A DNA stretch of 61,742 nucleotides, counting the filler, from Choristocarpus tenellus KU-1152 (lineage: Eukaryota; Protista; Phaeophyceae), in the NCBI GenBank assembly GCA_964200185.2. It is 9 parts of 9 records of this genome, joined end to end, with 100 filler letters (N's around TTAATTAATTAA, not from the genome) between each part and the next. Parts side by side here need not be neighbours in the genome. Positions count along the whole stretch, not along the records: positions 1 to 5,430 come from CAXNAD020010802.1; positions 5,531 to 14,878 come from CAXNAD020003757.1; positions 14,979 to 22,893 come from CAXNAD020005403.1; 6 more parts are not named here. One strand, written 5' to 3'. Positions within the stretch are counted from its first letter, which is position 1. The number at the start of each line of letters is the position of its first letter. The notes below the pieces were generated by a model that did not search any database, had not been told where the DNA came from, and saw only the letters and a list, made by a program, of their open reading frames with translations. A program made the translations under genes and the position numbers. Shown here piece by piece: positions 1 through 15,507 of this stretch.

Positions 1-447
1 GGAGTGTCTTCTCGAAAGTGTTCCCTCCTCTTTTCTCCCTAAAGGACCGCCTTGTTTGGGCCCCCCCCCCCCCCCCCCAGTTACTTTGGGTCTGTACGTT
101 GTACCCACATCAATGTCTGAGGGGTTGCACTTGTGCTGAGGTCAATTGCTTTCAGATGTAACTCACGTACTCCGGAATCAAGGAAAATGCAGATGTATTA
201 AATCCGAAAAAAAAATCCTGATGTCATGAAGTGTACTAGGCCAGGAAACAAGAATTCAAATGTATGCAACGGCAGGACAGAAATGACAACTTACATCCAC
301 CATGTCTGGCCTTACAAAAAGCACAGAAAGCAGGAGACAACAAATGAAGCAGTCAATCTTTTCATTCCCACCTGTGTCTTGCACATAACCTACAAATTAC
401 CCACAGTCCTAAGCAAAAGCATAATCTCCCCAACTTGATTGACTCAC

Positions 448-1892
448 CTGCGGACCTGTGAAGTCCAGGCTCCAACCCATCCAGTCTACATACATGCGGT
501 AGATGTGAGAGGCACACATGTATCCCAGCACAAACACAAACACCAACTTGGGCATATGTCTGTGGTACAGTGGAAATGAGTTGTGGGATTGGTTCGAGGG
601 TTGAAGGAAAATAAGAATATTGAGAGGGATGGTGGAGAACCATCACCCTATCTGCAGGATCAGGCAGAAGCAGGAGGCTGTCAATGCAACTACATTGCAC
701 CATAAGGCATCAACTTGCAAGTCTGAGGCAACTCTTTCATCTCCGTGCCCATAAGGACATTTGGGAAGGCCTTCAATGTGCAACAGAGGTAGCATGACAG
801 TACAAGACCGAGCACAGCATACCAAAGCAATTAAGACTTAATAATCTATTACCACAACGTTGAGTAATCTTGCTTACTTATTGTGGAGAGTGTGCACCAT
901 GATGTAGGTCACAGCAGTGGTGACCACCGAGTGAATCCACTGGCTGTAGAACACAAACTGCATCATCCACACGCCGACCACAAAGGAGAAGGTGTGCTTG
1001 ACAGTTGTACCAGGCAGCCGCGCAAAGATCGCGCTAAGGGGGTAGGCCAAGAGGAGCAAGAGAACATACTGAGGTTGCAAGGGGTGGAGAACAACGGAGA
1101 GAACGGCTGTTTAACACGAATATGCGTATATAGATGGAGAGGTGAAATGGGAGCGAATGAGACAAGGAGCTGTGAACCTGAAGCAAGAGAGAATATAGCT
1201 CCCAGCCTTGGTCCATTGTTTTATCACAAAAAGTCAGAGCATATCTCCCCAAAGACGATGAGCCAAGTTTGCATCACGTGCCGCACACGTGCTGCACGTG
1301 GCGTCCACACACGAGCTAAACAGGCTGCTCTTCAGCAGGTTAGCTGCCCGGATCGGAAGCTTTAGCGATCACAACCCTATTCAATCACAAACGAAATGCT
1401 TCCATGACAAAGGGTGGCGCACTGCGATCGTCCAGAATGCACCAACTCGCGACACTGCAGTTAGATTCCACCCGTTATCCCTTCATAGGGGGTAACATTC
1501 AATTTACTACTTCTTCGAGTAGACGCACAAGGTACCGAATAGCACTCGAACAAACTGACAAGCAGTTACTAACTCCAATCATTCATCACCTGCAAGACAA
1601 AGGAGTGGTGGACCCATTCCTCACACAAACACATGAGATGCGCATGCCTACAGCACTCGAGGATTCGTAATCTCTACAGCTTTGCTCACCGTTTGAAAAA
1701 CCCGAACATGAGAGCATGAGCGCCACCTACCTTTAGCGTTCCAGCATCAAGTCCAACAGTTTCGGCAAGCTCTAGGGCTTTGGCGTCAAGCCCCTCCCCT
1801 GGGTTGACAAAGATGAGTGTCTTGCTGCCAATCCACTCATGCTCAATGAACCAAGTTACAATAGCATCTGCGTAAGCTTGTACAGCCTCCAT
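448..1892 (-). CDS. MBOAT-family lysophospholipid acyltransferase (LPCAT/LPLAT-like), 5' part; exons 1892-1731, 1068-878, 559-448; continues off window start
   Basis: GT-AG junctions in consistent phase give ...GTLK|YVLLLLLAYPLSAIFARLPGTTVKHTFSFVVG...HNK|HMPKLVFVFVLGYMCASHIYRMYVDWMGWSLDFTGPQ; the 'KH..S...G' and 'D.TGPQ' motifs are typical of MBOAT LPLATs. Confidence 0.88.
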
Positions 1893-2234
1893 TGTTCCCC
1901 CACAGCTGAGAAGAGATCTGGGAGGCGCGACCCCCAGCACCTGACCTGAACTTCACACACCAGGAAAAAACGTTATTTGTTATTGTTGTGACTTGTATGT
2001 GGAGGTAAGTAAGTGTGTGATGGTACTGCGGTTTCGAGGAATCGTAAGAAAAAAAAGTTCAGTGCGAACACAAGAACTTGCATTGAGGGACCAACTCACA
2101 CTCTTGAAGGTGTCTTCCTATGACCGCCATGATTTCCAAGGGGCATATCCTCATCTGGGGAGTAATTCCATCCTTTGCACTTATAGAAGGTTAGTATAAA
2201 TTGGAGTAACTGTGCTCCAAGGCACTATGCAGTA

Positions 2235-3430
2235 TTGCAATCTCCTATTAATGAACATAAACAACTCATTCACACAAGGGCAGCTCTGACGTTGACCCTG
2301 GTTTTGCCCTTATGTTTCTGCTCCCCTACCCGTCTAGCTTTCCAGACCGTGACGTGCTCAAAATGCATGAGGAATAGTCAACTCTACCCTGACTGGTCCC
2401 GCGATGACGGCAGGTTGACGGGCCATGTAAAGTTGAGGTCGGATGTACAAAGACGGTGGACGAGGACTAGTGCGTTGGTCGTACGCGCGCAGAACAACAA
2501 GCCATGGTGGGATGGGAATATCTTACGTAACAGCGAGCAGGAGGAAGGTGGTAGAGAACAAGTTGGAGAGGAGAAGTCACTGCTGCGAAAGGTCGGGGAT
2601 GCTGCTCAGACATCGTGGAGGATAGGCATAGCAGTCGTTACAGTTGGGTCGCTGGCTCTGGCGGCTCAGTCGTTGTGGCGTTTGCAAAACGTGCCGCTGA
2701 CCATCGATAACGTCATCCCAACTGTGGTCAACTTGTTACCCCTAACAGGCATTGGGGTTTTTGGTGCCGCACAATTGGTGGGGTTGGTGACACGCGTGAG
2801 CAGGGTGATCGTGACCTTACCGATACTCATCAGCGGTACATGGGTAATCCTACAGAACCTGCCCCAGGTAAGACGGAATGTTGTTTTATGCGCTTTAGGG
2901 TTCATTGATATGCAGCAGCCCTGGCAAGTATCGCAAAGTGCAAGCAGTACATATATTAGATAAACCAAATCAAGATTGGTTTGAAGTAGAAGAGGCTACA
3001 CAATCTCAGATAGTAGCATACTTAATTTTCACAAGTAAGAACCCTATAAGGAGTAACTGCAGCACGAAATGTATTGCTACTAGAGGACAAAGTTGGATAG
3101 ATACCTACTGTGCTTTAGAAATGCGCTAGATTTGACCTCAAAACACAGAAGCAGAAGATGTGATACTGCAGACAATCTTTGCCATCCATGCTCCATTGCC
3201 TGCAGTTCCTGCCAAAGGGCACATACCTTTCGCAAGCAGGCTCACTGGCGGCCATACTTGCCACTCCAGAGGTTCTCGAGGCAGTAGCAGTGCTAACCAT
3301 CACCGGAGGAGCTCTGGTGTGGGTCCTCAATATTGCTTCCGGGGCTGTTGGTAGTGCAGCAAAAGTCTTTAGTGAAGCAGACAAACCATCAGCAGGAGCT
3401 GATGAAATTGAGGAAGCAAAAGGTGACTGA
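2235..3430 (+). CDS. Hypothetical multi-pass membrane protein, two exons (~2235/2365-2867 and ~3206-3430); start uncertain
   Basis: 242-aa ORF with several hydrophobic helices ends at donor CAG|gtaaga; resumes in phase after ctgcag| (FLPKGTYLSQAGSLAAILATPEVL...) to TGA at 3430; N-terminus resembles signal peptide + 'LAF'. Confidence 0.6.
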
Positions 3431-4562
3431 AAGGGCTCCTGCCGTTTAGAGTACCTTCTATTCACTAGGTCCACCTTCAAAGCAGTTCTTTCATTGCACC
3501 CTTCAAAGGTTAGTATTACAGAATATCATTCACTAAATATAAATGCAGCACAATTGATTCCATGCTTAAGGTACAACTGAACTGTTTCTAGGTGCAAGAA
3601 GATTGTAGGTATGTATAGATGGAAGATGACCATATTCTGCCTGTAGATACGAGTTGTCAGTGTGGTCAGCAAAGATACTATCTGAGATGAGCAGAGGTAG
3701 GATGGAACATAGCAACATCACAAGAATGACCCAACTCTCGGAATCAAATGCAGTGTTAGGGCTGTTCTGAACACTTTAATAATCGATTCACCTCAATCAT
3801 GAAAAGTTAATGATTTGTTCTAAGGAGTGAAAATTGCGAGGTTAGTTCTTATCATCAAAAACCTCTCCCCAGTGCTGAGGGATGCCTAAAATGTAGGTGT
3901 ATTTCACATCAATGAGGAATGGGTTAGTCACAATTTATGCTCTGTGAAGTGTGAAGCTCATGTCACCAATCTCAACATCATGCAGTGACAATGAGCCAAA
4001 TTCAGTTTTGAAGTTCTGAAAATGTGACCAAATAAATGGCAGATACTCTTAGCATTCACCAGTGCAACAAATTGCTCTCAATTGTTCCACAAGAGGTCTA
4101 TCTTTGTACCATTAAAAGAATGGTCCTTAGACATGATCTGTTAATTCTCACAATGACGACTCATTTTGCTCATCTGTCCCTCTTGTAAATCCAAACTCGT
4201 TCAACAGTTTGCATTATAGTTAATTGAATAGTTTCAATTTGCACAGAGGCATCGTAGTCATTCCTTTGGATTACAAGATGTTTGGCCCCAATTGATCTAG
4301 TTTTTGGCAGGTGTTGTGGCAAAAGGAAGGTCGATTGATCATCCAATCAAAACACAACAGTTAAACATCTACAGATTTGGCTAAGCACTTCATCATCCCA
4401 TTTGAAAACAAAAAAGAAGAGTGACATCATAAATCAGAAACAGCAGACAAACCCTCCTCACAGGCATCTACATGTTGCACTAGCAATAAAGAAGATGTCC
4501 TTCATTTTAGGAGTGGCAAGTTTCATTGCAGGGGTGTAAATCTAAACATTCCTGGGTTACAT

Positions 4563-5175
4563 CTATCTGAGGACTGCAGCCCACATCTCCCTGGCTTGCT
4601 CATACAAGGCCATGGTTATTGCTGTACTTGGGGCATGAAAGGCCATGCGAGCACCAGATCCTTTGAAGAGTCCAGTGATGCCTCCCTTTTGATAAATGTG
4701 TACAAGAGTGTCTATCATACCCCTGTGCTGCAAAGGACTAGGAACTCCAGCTTCCGAACCATGTGCAAGGGTGGCACGTTGAACCTGCAAATGCAACAGA
4801 GGTGATAAGAGGGTGGAGGTCATCCCTGAGGTACGAGAATGGGAGGACCAATGTACATTCCCCTGCTCTCAACCATGCGAACAATAAAACATGCAGAATC
4901 AGAATAGGCATGGGAGCATGGCGTATCTGTCACCACACCAGTAGATTGCAGTCTATGCAGCAAATAAATGCACTGGAGCACCCTGTCTAGAAGCATTACA
5001 TGAAGATCGTATATTTGCACATACGTTCTTGGGGAATGGGCTGCTTCAGCGGAGCATAACTCACCTGGAGCCTGAGTTTAGCCATATCTAGAGGGTTTGT
5101 TGCCCAGGAAGCAAGCAATCCTGCACCTGTTGCATTAACAAGCGTGACCCAAAATGGTAGGACTCCTTCCTCTGC
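4563..5175 (-). CDS. Mitochondrial carrier (SLC25), mitoferrin-like; last two exons (~5175-5065, 4784-4563)
   Basis: Carrier signature PLDMAKLRLQ|VQ and C-terminal GLFKGSGARMAFHAPSTAITMALYE; stop TAG at 4563. Confidence 0.85.
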
Positions 5176-5430
5176 TTGGACCGCGTTGTGTGAAACGTTC
5201 CCCTCTCTGAACAATTTCCGGTTTAACCATAGTTGTTCATCCTGACCTGTCTCAAGAGAGTGTTGGTGTGTTGTAGTCTGAGTTAGAAAAACTGCAAGGG
5301 CAGACACACAGAGAAAAGAATGTGGTCACAGTATACACAATGAATAGAGCAAGTCATTCCATCAGGTAGCATATAATTCATCATAGTTACTGGTGCAAAA
5401 CTCAAAGGAGGAGAAGTATCTGGGGGGCGG

Positions 5431-5530
5431 NNNNNNNNNNNNNNNNNNNNNNNNNNNNNNNNNNNNNNNNNNNNTTAATTAATTAANNNNNNNNNNNNNN
5501 NNNNNNNNNNNNNNNNNNNNNNNNNNNNNN
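5431..5530. other. Artificial contig-joining spacer (44N-TTAATTAATTAA-44N); identical spacers at 14879-14978, 22894-22993, 26043-26142, 31777-31876, 37344-37443, 42971-43070, 46520-46619; separate 10-N gap at 48850-48859
   Basis: Identical 100-bp structure with a six-frame stop linker repeated eight times. Confidence 0.99.
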
Positions 5531-5811
5531 CTATGACCATTCAGGTGTGGCATATCAACTTGCTTTTGTTGAGCCCTATCTGGGTTAAGAACCCCCCCGT
5601 ATGCATCTGCATCAGCCGATGACATTCGAAGGTTTGGAAAGGTCCATGCTCGAGTTCGGTGGACTTCAGCAAATGGGCGCAAAGCTGAGACCCTGGACAT
5701 TTGTCTAACCGCCGACAACTGGAAAGAGGGGACGAACGCGAACACCTGTTCACCCACGAGTACCATGACTATGACGGCAAGAGGACCGCTTCTACCCTTA
5801 GATTCTGGCAT
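5531..5811 (-). CDS. First exon of an unidentified plastid-targeted protein (truncated by contig end)
   Basis: MPESKGRSGPLAVIVMVLVGEQVFA-FVPSFQLSAVRQMSRVSALR...LRMSS: hydrophobic signal peptide, AF cleavage motif, Ser/Arg-rich transit peptide. Confidence 0.65.
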
Positions 5812-6288
5812 CTGCCCATCATGGAGGGGGACGAACGGAAGCAGCGGTTCGGTCAGTAGAGTTTGAGGGTGGCGCAATAGGAGACATTTTGAACCACAAG
5901 TTATCGGACGCAAAAGGCGCAATGCCACCCACCAGTACTTTCAGGTATTATCATGAAGGAAAAATTACGTAGTAAATTGTGAAGTCCTCATCAATGCCTG
6001 CCACAGACACAGGCAGGTAGAGGTGTACGGCAGGAGTTTCAGGACAGTAAGTGTGTCAATGATATTGGAGAGGAATGAACGAGATGTGATGGAAGTTCCA
6101 TGAAGTTCAATTTATGACGAGTAAAGTGGAGTAAATATATGAAAAACAATAATGGGAAATATACCGAAACACGCCAACTACCTTCACAATGAAAACCCGA
6201 TATTTACTTGGATGGTGATATGGGTTGAGTTGATGTACTGTACAGACCCTGAAATTGGTCTCTTACACTTTCGCCAGTATCGCTAAGG

Positions 6289-8797
<2,509 letters not shown>

Positions 8798-10542
8798 ATG
8801 TGCGATTGTGCTGCCTGGGTACTGGTGACAAGGCTGTGGCATTTGCTTGGTTTGTTCATAGATGTGAAGTGGTATATGATGAGCAGGAGACAGACGACAG
8901 TAGCTATATACTTTGCTGGACTCTTTTGAAGTATTTACAATGGTGTTCTCTTACATGCCAAGACATGGCGAGGGACTTGCTTCTCTAGTCTTTGCCTGGC
9001 TGTGGAATGTGAGTAAGGTCCAGTCTAGCTCTGGTTGATCTTTTCTGTATGCGTGTGTCTCATGTAAGAATGTATTGACCTTACCACGAAATTTCCTGCA
9101 AGTATATACTGCTTCCTTGGAATTTTTGCCAAGACCATTGCAAGCAGTAGGGGCTCACAATTCACTCCAACGCACGCACCACAACTGAGGATGTGAGTAA
9201 AGGTTAATTTGCCACGCCACTGACTTGTTTTGTCTGAAGTATGTATGCATCGAGCTTGATCCTCCTGTGACGCACGGTTCCTGAATCTGTTTTTGCGTAT
9301 GATCTTCATGGGATCAACCCCACTGAAAAGTACGTGTTAGAATTGTACCGGCTATTGGGGGTGAAAAGGTTTGTTTATAAGATGAAACAATGGTTGTGTG
9401 CTTAGAAATCTATTATGCACTGTATGGTAGAAGTGTTATCATATTTGCTGCTATGTAGTATATTGTAGTGCATTGGTCGTACCTCATGCAAAGGGTGGCG
9501 GCATTTGGACAAATCAAGAAGTACAATCACACGTTGTTGACACATAATACCACAGCTGTGTTTGAGACAAAGAGTAGTGAAGAGCCTTGACTCAACAAGA
9601 GGTGATATGGGCCACAATCTCAAGCATTTCCCCCTTGTTCCTGCCCACGAAGAACTACTCCAAAGTGCGTACCATTACATACAAGGTGGTTACCTCAACA
9701 GCTTTTATCATGCAAGGCTCTGTTATTCCGCATACTGTACTTCCCTCATAATATCATACCTGCCAATCGTTCACATACAGCGGTGGGAGTTCACAAGAAG
9801 AGGCAAATGAAACTGACACAATAGTAACATTATTGAAATAGTATGCAAGACCTCTTCACTTTTCTCCCTGCATCAGTACTGTGACTTGCCAGTCAAGAGT
9901 ATTTAAAGTAAGAAACCCCTGTAACAGCAGGATGCTGCTGTGGTATATATCCTGTCTGCTATGCTCCCAGTGGTGTTAGGTTAGAGTCCATGTATATTTT
10001 TCGTTGTGGACAAGGGAGTAGCGCTTCTGGTGCTAGATTCTACATTTTGCAGGTTGTTGATAAGAAATATAGCATGCGTGTTTTTATTATCCTACAGACA
10101 TGTAATACCGACATCTGTGTAATTTCTAGTGTTGTTTTCTTTCATGAACTACGTACTTTGTATATATGGTAGGTGGTATGATGGTTTCATCATGATGAGG
10201 AAAGAGGTCCACTCCTCTACTACTCGGGTTAATGACCTAACAACCTCCCCGAACTCATTTTGTGCGCCCTCATGAAAGAGGGGGGAGCCCATATAGAACC
10301 ACTGCTCATTGCTGTAGGGTCGGTATCCAGGTTTATGTTTGGGAAGACAATCTTACATCTTGAGACGATTCAGGTGTGGAGTATGGAGAATAATAATACT
10401 ACTGCTAATATTATTGTCGTTTCTCGCGCGAGGGAATTGTGACGGCGAGCCCCCGCGCGAGAACGCATCTCCGCCATCAATCTCTATTCCTCCTTACCCA
10501 ATTTGTCCCTCTCTCAGGACAAACCCTTCAGCCCCGGTAACC

Positions 10543-12285
10543 ATGGTGAAGGACAAGAAGGCAAGCGAGTTCGCCACTCGTGATTACACCATCCATCTCC
10601 ACAAGAGATTGATGGGAATCACCTTCAAGAAACGCGCCCCCCGTGCCGTGCGCGAGGTTAAGAAGTTCGCTCAGCAGATGATGAAGACAAAGTGAGTATT
10701 GGTGGTTGTGCTGTCTCACCAGTTAACACCGATTCCACCGCTCGAGGACCCACTCAACCGTGTATTAGAAGAAATACGTTCTTGATCCACCTGAAAAAGT
10801 TGATAGAAAACATGGATAGAGTCCAGGGTTTGTCGCTGGACCATGATTGCAAATCTACCTTGTTCCCCTATTACAGTCCATATATTGTATCATTTGAAGA
10901 TGTAATGCATTGATGTACCTGACGTGTGCCCTTCCTCTTGTATGGAACATCTCTAGAGGAGCATCTCAAATACCATCGTTCTAGAAAACATCTGTAGTAC
11001 TACCATCGCTGAATACTGAGCATTGAAAGTTTGAGTAGACATGATAGTGCTTGCTTGTTGACCCATAGCTTCGCGTTGCGTGTTTTCCAAGCTATTTGAT
11101 GAAGGTTTAACCGAAACTAACGTAAGGTGGAGCTGCCGAGGTGTTGATCTACCTGAAGTGTACTTCAATGATATGATTGTCTTGAATGCGGAAAGGGCAG
11201 TCCCATTTGTAACCCTTGGCACGATATTACCATTATTTTGCATGTTTGTGCCTCCTTCACTCCACACGCACCTCACCCTCGCCTCAACCTTGTGGTGTGG
11301 TTTCTACCCAATCTGTCCAGCGATGTGCGTATTGACGCGAAGCTGAACAAGTTCCTCTTTTCTAAGGGCGTGCGCAACGTGCCACACCGGGTCCGCGTAC
11401 GCCTTCAACGCAGGCGTAACCAGGATGAGGAGGCCGACGAGAAGGTACACTAGATTGTTGCGACTGTCCTTCGGTCACATTTGTAGGGTGTAATCACCAA
11501 TCGTTTTGTCGTTTTACCTAGGATCTGTAAGCGTTTTTGTTAGTCTCAGTGTAGGACTTAATCAGCTTCTGACACAGAAGCATCTACAACAGGTCAATCG
11601 AGGATAGAGAAGTGCAATCGACTGCTTCATGAAGAAGAATCTAGTAAGTTCTTTTCTGACTGCTGCAACTCAAAGCTGATCCTTAGTTGAATAAATTATG
11701 GTTTGTGGTTACTTGTGCATTAGTGTTCTGTGAGGCCTAGTCCTTTTCAAATGATCGACAGACATCAAAGCCGGTCATGAGAGCTTGTGTTCAACAGATA
11801 CAATGTCAGCTTTACATTAGTTGCTCTGAATTTAGTTGCATGATTCTCCTGTTGAAAAAGATGCTGGATATCTCCAGCATACTACCTGTCCTAGCATGTT
11901 TTGCAAGCCAAAATAAAGTTCTGGTTGATTGATCTGTTGTGGGGTATGCATTGCAGTAGATGCTTGTAGTTCCTATGGGTCGATTGTGACACCTAGGGCA
12001 GTAGTCTAGCTTCTATGGTACAGGCGAAAATATTTCATCTTTGATGCCTATTTTTGCCCAAAAACCTTTGTACAATGAATCTGCAGAACCCTGGTAGGTA
12101 ATAGCCTTCACTCACTTGGACCTTGTCTTGATTAGTTACCCCCTTTTATTTTTATTTGAACAACTGCCCTAACCTGTTGGTATACCGCTACCTTCATGCT
12201 CTCCCTAAATCTGCCTCAGTTGTACACATATGTGCAGCATGTTGAAGTGGCCAGCATCAAGGGCTTGCAGACAGAAAATGTTTAG
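10543..12285 (+). CDS. RPL31: 60S ribosomal protein L31 (eL31); exons 10543-10691, 11321-11444, 12220-12285
   Basis: [81 protein letters not shown]. Confidence 0.97.
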
Positions 12286-15071
12286 GGTGCCTCATCACTT
12301 TGGCTGATCTTTTGGGGAGTGTGAGAGGGGTCAAGGGGGTGACAACAGGAAGGCAAGGGGAGTGGTACCCATTGGTGCCTGAGTAGGTCAGGGACGCTAC
12401 TTGCCTGTAACAATATGTTGCTTGGCCCTTTACGTCATCACTGTCCTATACCTGTGGAACTAATAATGAGGGCTAGAAAAACATTTTTTTCAGCAGGGTG
12501 GGACACAAGGAAGGTGCATTCATGACCCGTGATCATGCCCTGTTCCCCACCTCATATATTTTGGAGGTGCTGTAAATCATTTATTGCCAATATGGTATTG
12601 CATGGAATTCTGGGATAATTCCACAGGCAACCTTCCACAAAGTACCTTCGTCCTTGACCAAGTAACACAAGGAGGGGTTGGAGTAAAGGTTTAGAATGCT
12701 CTGCAGCACAAGATACAAATCTCTTGTGACACAGAGGTATTGAGAGAAATAGTTGGAGCTGGTTGGGTGCATGATTTTGTGTTGAGTTAATGTACTCTTC
12801 TTGGATCCATCAGTCTCCCTCATCTAGTTGCTCAAGCTACCACTACTTTCCAGTAGCAATTTCATCAAACTAAATCCAATTGGAACATGTGCCTCTAGGC
12901 CCCTAATAAGGGTGTATGGTCTCTAGTCAAGAAGACTTTTTTAACCCACACCTCCCAGCTAGCTTTCAAGGAGGTTACAGTCTATTACGCACTTACAGTG
13001 AGAAATCATAGGAGGCACCATCCCAGTGAGGGATACACTTGCCATGACTTCATCCTCACAAGCATCCCAAGTAGCAGTATAAAATGAGAAATGCATCAAT
13101 AGAAATTGACATTCCACGCAGCGGTGTGTGGTGATAATCTACTATATGATTCTTAATCGCAGAACACAAATGAAGGTTTTAGAGCTATAAAAATGAGAAG
13201 GGGATTGTCTGGCTGCACCACAAATAATGTAACAGTACATGGTCGTAACCTTTGTCATGGAGGACTGCATTGGCTCTATCAATAATACTTGCTGAATAAT
13301 AGACTTCCGTTTTTCCTTTGTCCAATTGTTTCCAATCCTTGCTTTGTCTGGTTTTTCGAGATAAATAATGCCTCAAGAATATTGCGGAAGTGCGTTGTTT
13401 TGCCGATAATGAAGAAAATAGAACCAAACGTTTTTCTGGACAACTAAACCTATGGAACAAACGGTCCCCTATTTTTAGTGGATGTGTAATACAGGCCAAA
13501 TACATGGTAATGTTCAAGGCTTACACTATGGCATAGAGTGTTACAGTGCCTGAGGCGTGGACTTAATGGGCGTATGTCTTCACATCTAGAATAATACTCA
13601 GGAGGCTACAGGGGAAGTTGAAATTTAATACTCCAAGAACCGACCACGTGACATATCATATCTTGTATCATTTCAGTGTTGGCAAGAGCCAAGGACATCA
13701 TGGTGTAAAACATGTGAGGTCTAGTGTGTGTTGATGTGGTTCCTCATACACATTTTTACTTGCTACACAGTGTGCTCAACGCCACTCTCTTGCGGTAAGA
13801 TTCATTAAGTCACTTGTAGCTTGTCTTGTTTGTGTTGAGAGGGATGATTCCATTGTGAACCTCCCACATTTGAAAACCTATATCATGACTGGATGGAGGA
13901 CAACAGAGTTTGGGGTGGAAATTGACAGTCAGAATACTCGGTTCTTGACTTTCCACTTGAATCACAGAAGAGTGTCAGTGGTATGAAGAATACTGATGAT
14001 TGTAGATAGAATACTTAACACACTCTAAATCAATGCTTCCTAGTATAGTCATGGTGTACGTACCACTGACCAAAATCGACTCCAACATATTTTCAATGTT
14101 GGGGTGAACCAGTAAGTGGACACACACACAACCCACCAAACTCCACTCCTACTACTGCAACTATAAACTCAAATATCAAGGGAGGTTATAACAAGGAAAA
14201 GTGATGGGGATATCCAACTGAGCCTACTTTTGGCATCAAACACCAAGCCCCAAACTACAATGTATGATGCCATCAACCCTTATCCTTGTCCTAGAAGGTT
14301 TTGAAAAATACAAAAAGATGCAGTTGATGCAGTGGCTAGAAATTGATCAATTCTAGCCTTAAAAAAAAAAACACACTTCGTATTCCTATTACATGTAAAA
14401 GCGGTGGTTTGAATAGATTTTCGGTCTCATTGGTAGTATCGTATGACTATGAAAGAAATTGTCAACAGTATAGTATAACTGTACTATTTATAATGTATGT
14501 GTAACATAAAACTGCTCACTCAACTGCCAATTTCCAATTCGACAGAAGGAGGGCAATTCTGGATGAGACAATGAATTGCCTGTAAAAAAACCTTATTTAG
14601 AAAACCTGATTCAAAACACAAGTACCCTTAAAATCATGAAACGATTAACACAACCAAATTAACACAAAGGAGCTGACCACAAAACTACCTCTCCCCACAT
14701 CTGCCTCCAACACTATCCCCTCACCAGCCGGGGAGCCACATCTTCTCACAGACTTCCTGCTCACCAGGCCGTGTGGAGTGTGCAGCTATGCATTGGCACT
14801 TAAGCAGTCAATATACGTAGATAAGATTCAAACCCCCAATCCATGTTCCTTTTGATACACCCCCCACCCCCACCCAACNNNNNNNNNNNNNNNNNNNNNN
14901 NNNNNNNNNNNNNNNNNNNNNNTTAATTAATTAANNNNNNNNNNNNNNNNNNNNNNNNNNNNNNNNNNNNNNNNNNNNATGGGTAGGATGAAAAGAGGGG
15001 ATATCGTTTGTTTCGGCAATCCCATGGGTAGGATGAAAAGAGGCAAGGTGTTGCCTAGGCAAACGCGTTTG

Positions 15072-15322
15072 CATTGACTTCATGTAGACACCTATTTAGT
15101 GTGTTTACATTGACTTCATGTTGACACATATTTAGTGTGTTTACATTGACTTCATGTAGACACATATTTAGTGTGTTTACATTGACTTCATTCATGTAGA
15201 CACATATTTAGTGTGTTTACATTGACTTCATGTTGACACATATTTAGTGTGTTTACATTGACTTCATGTAGACACATATTTAGTGTGTTTACATTGACTT
15301 CATGTAGACACATATTTAGTGT
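15072..15322. repeat. 36-bp tandem minisatellite, ~7 copies (cattgacttcatgtagacacatatttagtgtgttta)
   Basis: Head-to-tail copies read directly, no spacers. Confidence 0.95.
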
Positions 15323-15369
15323 GAAAGTCAGTGTGCCTTTGTAGTATAGTAAATTCTCATTTACCACCG

Positions 15370-15507
15370 GTAGTGAGAAAGTGAATGTAGTGAGAAAGTG
15401 AATGTAGTGAGCAAGTGAATGTAGTGAGAAAGTGAATGTAGTGAGAAAGTGAATGTAGTGAGCAAGTGAATGTAGTGAGCAAGTGAATGAATGTAGTGAG
15501 CAAGTGA
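15370..15507. repeat. 17-bp tandem repeat (gtagtgag[a/c]aagtgaat), ~8 copies
   Basis: Read directly. Confidence 0.92.

Noticed and set aside
5475-5486. Recurrent TTAATTAATTAA palindrome
   Set aside because: Always embedded in 44+44 N; synthetic six-frame stop linker
13990-14015. CTGATGA hammerhead core candidates (also 23197, 52994, 61312)
   Set aside because: No matching GAAA and stems in the required arrangement
15072-15322. CRISPR-like 36-bp palindromic repeats
   Set aside because: No unique spacers, no cas genes, eukaryotic context
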